Source: the human T2T-CHM13v2.0 reference genome, Homo sapiens. Taken from it: a stretch of 64,000 nucleotides of DNA. Of the stretch, positions 54,511 to 64,000 are shown in pieces (position 1 is the first letter of the stretch; each line of letters begins with the position of its first letter). The position numbers and the translations under genes are program-made. The notes beneath the pieces were generated by a model, which saw nothing but the letters and a program-made list of their open reading frames with translations, was not told where the DNA came from and ran no database searches. Location of the stretch: the NCBI RefSeq assembly GCF_009914755.1, contig NC_060931.1. One strand, 5' to 3'.

Positions 54511-54647
54511 TCTAATGGCTCCTGCAAATACCCTAAACACCCTCCATCTCTGGTAATTATAAAATGTTTGTTAATGTGTTACCTGTATATGTATATTTAA
54601 AATATTTTATATTTCAGCCTGGGCAACATGTAAGACCCTGTCTCATT

Positions 54648-54650
<3 letters not shown>

Positions 54651-54704
<54 letters not shown>
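54651..54704. repeat. Long perfect (GT)n
   Basis: About 27 units read directly. Confidence 0.92.
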
Positions 54705-54707
<3 letters not shown>

Positions 54708-54929
54708 AAAAATAAGCAAAAGACCTGGTCCCTATGCTCAGCAATGTCATGCACTGGTTGTGTATAGTGTATTCTGGAAATAACAGTATAAGTGACACAT
54801 GTTTATTTGTGTCAGTAGGAATTTAAAGGAGGAAGAGAATTATGGCAAGGATACTTGGGAAGTTTTTTCAGAGCAAGTGGGAATTGAATTGGGCCTAGAA
54901 AAATGGAAAATATTTGGATAAGAAGCAGA

Positions 54930-55362
<433 letters not shown>

Positions 55363-55594
55363 TCATTCACATAGTCTCCAGGGTTAGGCAGGCACAACTT
55401 TATCTGGAGGCTCTGGCAAAGGAGTATTGGAAAAATAAATAATTGGAAAGATTGAAATGCTGGCCAGAGAAACTTGGACTTTGTCCTATAAGAAGTGAGG
55501 AACTATAGCAGTTTCTTGAGAAAAAAAGATAAATGATAGTGATGTGGCTAAATATACCAGCTTTAGAGCTACATAAAAATTTGTTTGATTTTTG

Positions 55595-55765
55595 GCTACA
55601 CTTCTTACTAGTTAATATGATTTGGAGAAAGTTACTTAAGTTTATTAAGCCTCAGTTTTCTTATTTGCAAAATGAACATAATATTTTCCTTATAGAATTA
55701 TGGTAAGGATTATTTGAGACAACACATGTAGTGCTTGGCACAAAGTAAGTGCTCAATAAACGGTG
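55595..55765 (+). mobile_element. MIR
   Basis: aagttacttaa...agcctcagttttcttatttgcaaaatg...taagtgctcaataaa. Confidence 0.75.
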
Positions 55766-55959
55766 TTTGATGACAATAAGTGTTTCCAAAATTTCAAATG
55801 GCAGTGGTATACAAGATGAATTGAGGCAAGAGAATGGTAACTGATTTTGATTTAAGTGGTTGTTTACCTTAGTTGTGCAACCAATTGACATGTTGGTATG
55901 AAGTGACAAAGGCGTAAGCTATGGTTTTTGGAATAGGAGGCATAAGTTGGAACACAAAC

Positions 55960-56928
<969 letters not shown>

Positions 56929-57221
56929 ATAGAATTAAAACATGAGGTCAGTAATTCTGAGAAGGTTACTTAACTTTAGTAAGCAAGCTTAGATAGAAAT
57001 GCTTTGGTAATACCTGAAGTTGTTTTGTTGCAAATTACTTAGGGATGCTCTACTAGCACTAAAAAACAAACAAACAAAAGATGTTTTAAAAGAATTATAT
57101 AGCACTGATAAGCTGACTCATAAAAATGGCTGAAATTGTTTGAAACTGGCTAATAAAGAAGTAGTAACCTAATGATTTTCCATTTTTGAATGCCAGGTGT
57201 TTCTAAAAGCCAGATGAAGTT

Positions 57222-57526
57222 TGTTTTTATTTTAAAATTATTTATTTTTGAGACAAGGTCTGGCTCTGTCACCCTGGCTGGAGTGGCACTATCTTGGCTC
57301 ACTGCAACCTCCACCTCCTGGGCTTAAGCCATCCTCCTACCTCAGCCTCCCGAGTAGCTGGGACCACAGGTGCGCACTACCATGCCTGGCTAATTTTTGT
57401 ATTTTTAGTAGACACAGGGTCTCACCATGTTGCCTAGGCTGGTCTCAAACTCCTGGGCTCAAGGGATCTGCCTGCCTCAACTTCCCAATGTGCTGGGATT
57501 ACAGGTGTGAGCCACTGCACACAGCC
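57222..57526 (-). mobile_element. AluJ-like
   Basis: Alu reverse complement. Confidence 0.87.
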
Positions 57527-57619
57527 TGTTTTTCTAATATGATCATTCTTCCTATTGGCTTATACCTAATAGAAGGATTTAACCTTATAAACCTTAAAGT
57601 TCTAAGACCAGAAGCTAGG

Positions 57620-58011
57620 TGTATTAGTCCGTTTTCACACTGCTATAAAGAACTAACTGTGACTGGGTAATTTATAAATAAAAGAGGTTTAATTGACTTA
57701 CAGTTCCACATGGCTAGGGAGGCTTCAGGAAACTTAACAATCATGGCAGAAGGGGAAGCAAGGCACGTCTTACATAGTGGCAGGAGAGAGACAGAGAGAG
57801 AGACAAAGAGAGACAGGTGCGGAGAGGGAATGCCGGTGGAACTGCCAAACACTTTTAAACCATCAGCTCTTATGAGAACTCACTATCACGAGAACAACAT
57901 GGGAGAAACTGCCCCCATGATCCAGTCACCTCCCACCAGGTCCCTCCCTCAGAATGTAGGAATTACAATCAAGATGAAATTTGGGTGGGGACATAGAGCC
58001 AAACCATATCA
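57620..58011 (-). mobile_element. THE1D/MSTA-like solo LTR
   Basis: tgtattagtcc...aaaccatatca; 5-bp TSD CTAGG. Confidence 0.88.
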
Positions 58012-59503
58012 CTAGGCTTATAAGATTCATTTGTGTGTGTGTGTGTGAGTAGGCAGCATAAATACTATCTAGACTACAGGAACATAGCAGAAAATACAAT
58101 CCTGTAAAGTTGCTGTGGCAACATCAGCTGCTTATGTTGCAATAAATATAATGGCAATAATTTTTGAAACTTTATTTTTTATTAGAGACCAGGATACAAC
58201 TGAATCTCTGGAAAGATAATGAGTCTACCAGTTTGTGCTATTTTTCTCTTATCCCCTTAGTTATTGACCTATTTGGAGGATTCTTCAACTGCAGAAGTTG
58301 CACCATGTAGCCAGTAATAATATTTATTTTTCCAGATGCTTGGGGTAGAGTATGGGAATTTTTCTTTTTTAATCCACATAATGAGGTATTTATAAGGAAG
58401 TGTATAGAGTCCAGCCCACTCAGCAGACAACCCAGGATTCAAACATTGCTGGAACTTCTAGTCAAACCTCATTTTCTCTTCCATTTGTTTCCCTAAAATA
58501 GTGCCTTGAGCCCAGAAAGCAAGTTAATTTCCTAGCCCACTTGTCACATTTCCATAATTCCATGGCTTCTTTGTTATTCCCAGAGGTATCCTCATACCCC
58601 TTGTGTATTCTCCTAAGTGAATGAACCCATTTTTTCCTCTCCCAAGTTCCAGGCATTCAGATGAACCCATTATATTGGTGGTTGGAAGACCCAGCGTCTG
58701 TCCACCCTTTCTGTTCATGATCGAATGTGTGCATGTCCAGTGTGTTACTGTTAAGTTGAGACATGTAACTGGCAGTAGTGGGAATGCAGACAACGAACAA
58801 CAATATCTGGTTCCAACCTGGGCTAGAGCTAAAGGCGTCATGGGTTGGAGGTTCACTTCTGTCACCAAGCCCTACCAGAAGCAAGGGAGATTTGACCTAT
58901 GGGGCTCCCTTTGGCCCGGGCCTTACCAGTAGTGGCACTCAGCTACAACATACACCTATCAGTTTTTTTTCTCTGATTCTTTTCAGTCCAGTCTCTTGTA
59001 TGCTTGAATCTCCTGTCTGTTTGGTAGTCTGGCTTTGCAGGAATGTAGCAGCAGTTTTGAATGAATTGGTTACTTTAAGTTTTAGAAATGTAAGTCCTTG
59101 AAGATCTTGAAAATGATTTTGGTGATGAGCTGCCACAGCTGGTTGTTCAAGCAATGGCCTGGGAAATGCAGAACCATGAATACCATGCCTGTTAGACCTG
59201 GAACAGGCAATGGCACCCTCATTGAGAAAATGTGATTTTGACTAAGAAGCAGTATTTCTGGAAAATTTTTTCACTGGCTCTCTTCTATTGTTGTTACCTG
59301 CAATTTCATCATCTTTTCATTTAATTATGTTCAGTATGATGTCTTTGGGACCAGTGGGTATTTTTATTTGCTTGTAGAAGTGTTTGTTTTTAAGGCTATG
59401 CAATGGCTCAGGAAGGCCAGCCCCACCCACTCTCTTGTTGCTTGGCACCAATCCTCCCTGGTTGTTGGGCATCTTGTTTACTTCTGCCCTTAATTCCCTG
59501 CAG

Positions 59504-59644
59504 GTGCGTAAGTACAAGAGCATGATCCTGGAAGACCTGGAGTCTGCTCTGGCAGAACACGCCCCTGCGCCACAGGAGGTTAACTCAGAACTGCCGCCTC
59601 TCACCATCGACGGAATTCCAGTCTCTGTGGACAAAATGACCCAG
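59504..59644 (+). CDS. NRF1: NRF1 coding exon (VRKYKSMILEDLESALAEHAPAPQEVNSELPPLTIDGIPVSVDKMTQ), DNA-binding domain
   Basis: ccctgcag| acceptor; CAG|GTGAGG donor; 141 nt, phase 0 to 0. Confidence 0.97.
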
Positions 59645-60137
59645 GTGAGGGGTGGGAGGTGAGGAGGAGACTCAAAGACAAGTGGCACAGGTGTGGGCGG
59701 GCCTCTGATCACTTTTCTGCATTTTGTCCTCAGTGATCTGACCAGGGAGTGAGATGCTGACTGGAGTCTTGTAGTGAAACAGTAGCAGCCTTGGAAAAGA
59801 CATTATAGTGCCAGAAAAGTGCTCCCAACCAAGGGCATGGCTGTGGTCTCCTCTTTCTTCTGGCAGTTTTTTTTTCCCTTTCACTTGGGCCTTTGGGTTG
59901 GATTTAAAAAAAAACAAAAAAACTTTTAGCTTGGGGTTGGTCTGAACAAAAGAACATTAGGAGTTTAATGAATCACAGTCAAGGTAGCCAAGTAAACTTT
60001 TAGCCCTCGGGCTGCTCTGCTCCTCTTTCAATGTAAATTCTAAATACTTCCATAATTATTACTAAGTACAGCTTCCTTCCGCAAGAATGTAAAAGTCAGA
60101 GTGACAGTCTTCTGAGTCGTTGATTTCCTCTTCCTTT

Positions 60138-60326
<189 letters not shown>

Positions 60327-60439
60327 TAGCATGATAAATCAGCATACCTTAGTAATTTTTATGAAATTATCCCCTTTATATATTTTTAGTTTAGCTTCAT
60401 CAAAATCAAACACCTTTTTAACATATTTTCCCACCCTAT

Positions 60440-60752
60440 TTATTTATTTATTATTATTATTATTTTTTTTTTTTTTTTGAGACAGAGTCTCGAGCTGTGG
60501 CCCAGGCTGGAGGGCAGTGGTGTGATCTTGGCTCACTGCAACCTCCGCCTCCTGGGTTCAAGCGCTACTCGTGCCTCCGAATAGCTGTGATTATAGGTGC
60601 GGGCTACCACACCTGGCTAATTTTTGTTTTTTTAGTAGAGATGGGGTTTTGCTGTGTTAGCCAGGATCGTCTCAAACTCCTGACCTCATGTGATCCGCCT
60701 GCCTCGGCCTCCCAAAGTGCTGGGATTACAGGCGTGAGCCACCACACCCAGC
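60440..60752 (-). mobile_element. AluS
   Basis: TSD cccaccctattt. Confidence 0.9.
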
Positions 60753-60779
60753 CCACCCTATTTCTTTATTAATTTACTT

Positions 60780-62255
<1,476 letters not shown>

Positions 62256-62531
62256 CAGAGTTAGAGCAAAAATGAGTTAAGCGCAGTGGTGGGGAACAGG
62301 ATCGCAAGTCCCCTGGGCAGTTGTTTACTCAGTGTGGACGCTGACGCTGCTGCTCAGGGGTGGCACTTTTATTTTTTATTCCATCTGAACCAGCAACTTG
62401 GTCTGAAGTAATACTATATTTTATAAATATAAACCTAAATAGTGATCTTTTGATTGTTGGATTCATAGCCCTTTCTGTGGACACTGGAAGGATCTCTAAA
62501 TAGTGGTTCAGAAAGGAAAGCATATCTAAAC

Positions 62532-62754
62532 CAAGCTTGTCCAACCCACGTCCCGCAAGACGCATGTGACCCAGAATGGCTTTGAATGTGGCCCAACACA
62601 AATTCGTAAACTTTCTTAAAACATTATGAGATTTTTTGGCGTTTTTTTTTTCTTCAGCTCATTGGCTGTTATTAATGTTAGTGTATTTTATGTGTGGCCC
62701 AAGATAATTCTTCCTCTAATGTGGCCTAGGGAAGCCAAAAGATTGGACACCCCG
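62532..62754 (-). mobile_element. MER30 (hAT-Charlie MITE)
   Basis: Same termini as the copy at 6869; perfect 8-bp TSD ATCTAAAC. Confidence 0.88.
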
Positions 62755-63435
62755 ATCTAAACTTTTCTTTACTGTCTTTTTACAGTTTCTATTATTCTGT
62801 TTCTAGAGGCATTCTGACTGGTTCAAGTAAAGAAAACATAAAGTGAATTATTTTTATCTAGTTGATGTGAAGAATCTACTCTGTCTCAGATGTAAAGTAC
62901 ATCTACTGCCTAAGCCTTTGGTTTCTAATACTGTGTTAGGTAAACTCCTCTCCTGTGATGGGTATTTTTTGTTCTTTGTCACATTTGGTGTGTTAGGGTA
63001 AAGCAGTCTGAGGTTTTGATTATATTATATCATCGTGGATTGGCCACAAAAGTCAGCAAACAGTTTAGTTATTATCATTTTGGAGGTAAGACATTTGAAA
63101 GTGTTGTTTTCCATATTTGTCAAAACCACACTCAGTAGAGCTTGGTGTGCTGGTGAATGAGGAACTGGATCTCAGTTGTCAAACTCATAGATACTTTGTT
63201 GGAGGTGCACATTTTCTCTATCATATGCTCCCTCTTTCCCCTTCTTACCAAAGATGATGACTAAAAAGTCAACCATAACAAATAAAATAAAACAAACAAA
63301 TGAGGAGGAAGAGGGAGCAGGATGATGAAAAACCCAGCTCCCAATTGAATGGGAATTTCCAAGTATTTGGATCCTGGCATTTTCCCCCCTCAACGTTTTA
63401 TTGTTGTTTGTTTTCATTGAATACTTTTTTCTTAA

Positions 63436-63766
<331 letters not shown>

Positions 63767-64000
63767 AATAGCTCTCTTTTATAATTGATCCTAAAGACTT
63801 TCACTATTAATGGGAGTAAAAGGAGGGTTTTATTTCCACCCAAACCTAGATAGACAAGGGTATGGGACTGCAAGCAGTTTAATACACTGTTAGTGAGAAT
63901 GCAGATTGGTACACTTTCTCTAGATGGCAGGTTGGCAATGCATATCAAAGTCTAAAAGGTGTGTATCATGCCCTCCAGTTAAACACAGATGTACATTGTT

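Overview
Primate, almost certainly human, genomic DNA lying entirely within the NRF1 gene (nuclear respiratory factor 1; + strand). The window holds the last ~26 kb of the intron before the first coding exon, four coding exons (called 2-5 here, encoding aa 1-202, all GT-AG, reading frame continuous) and part of the next intron. The rest is mostly interspersed repeats: about 45 Alus including a young AluYd8-like copy, a full-length antisense old-subfamily SVA, a full-length THE1 MaLR provirus, a near full-length Tigger1, solo LTRs, L1/L2/MIR/L3 fragments and MER DNA elements. Almost all other ORFs in the track are repeat-derived. I see no prokaryote-style novel system. The best hypotheses are: (1) a NAGNAG acceptor that would switch back-spliced exon 2-4 or 2-5 circles between a stop-less rolling ORF and a discrete N-terminal NRF1 peptide; (2) a candidate SVA-derived poison exon; (3) a candidate short alternative exon with a strong donor 120 nt upstream of exon 2; (4) three successive retrotranspositions into one target site; (5) a fold-back scar copied 4.4 kb away. 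Repeat boundaries and subfamily calls were made by eye and are approximate.
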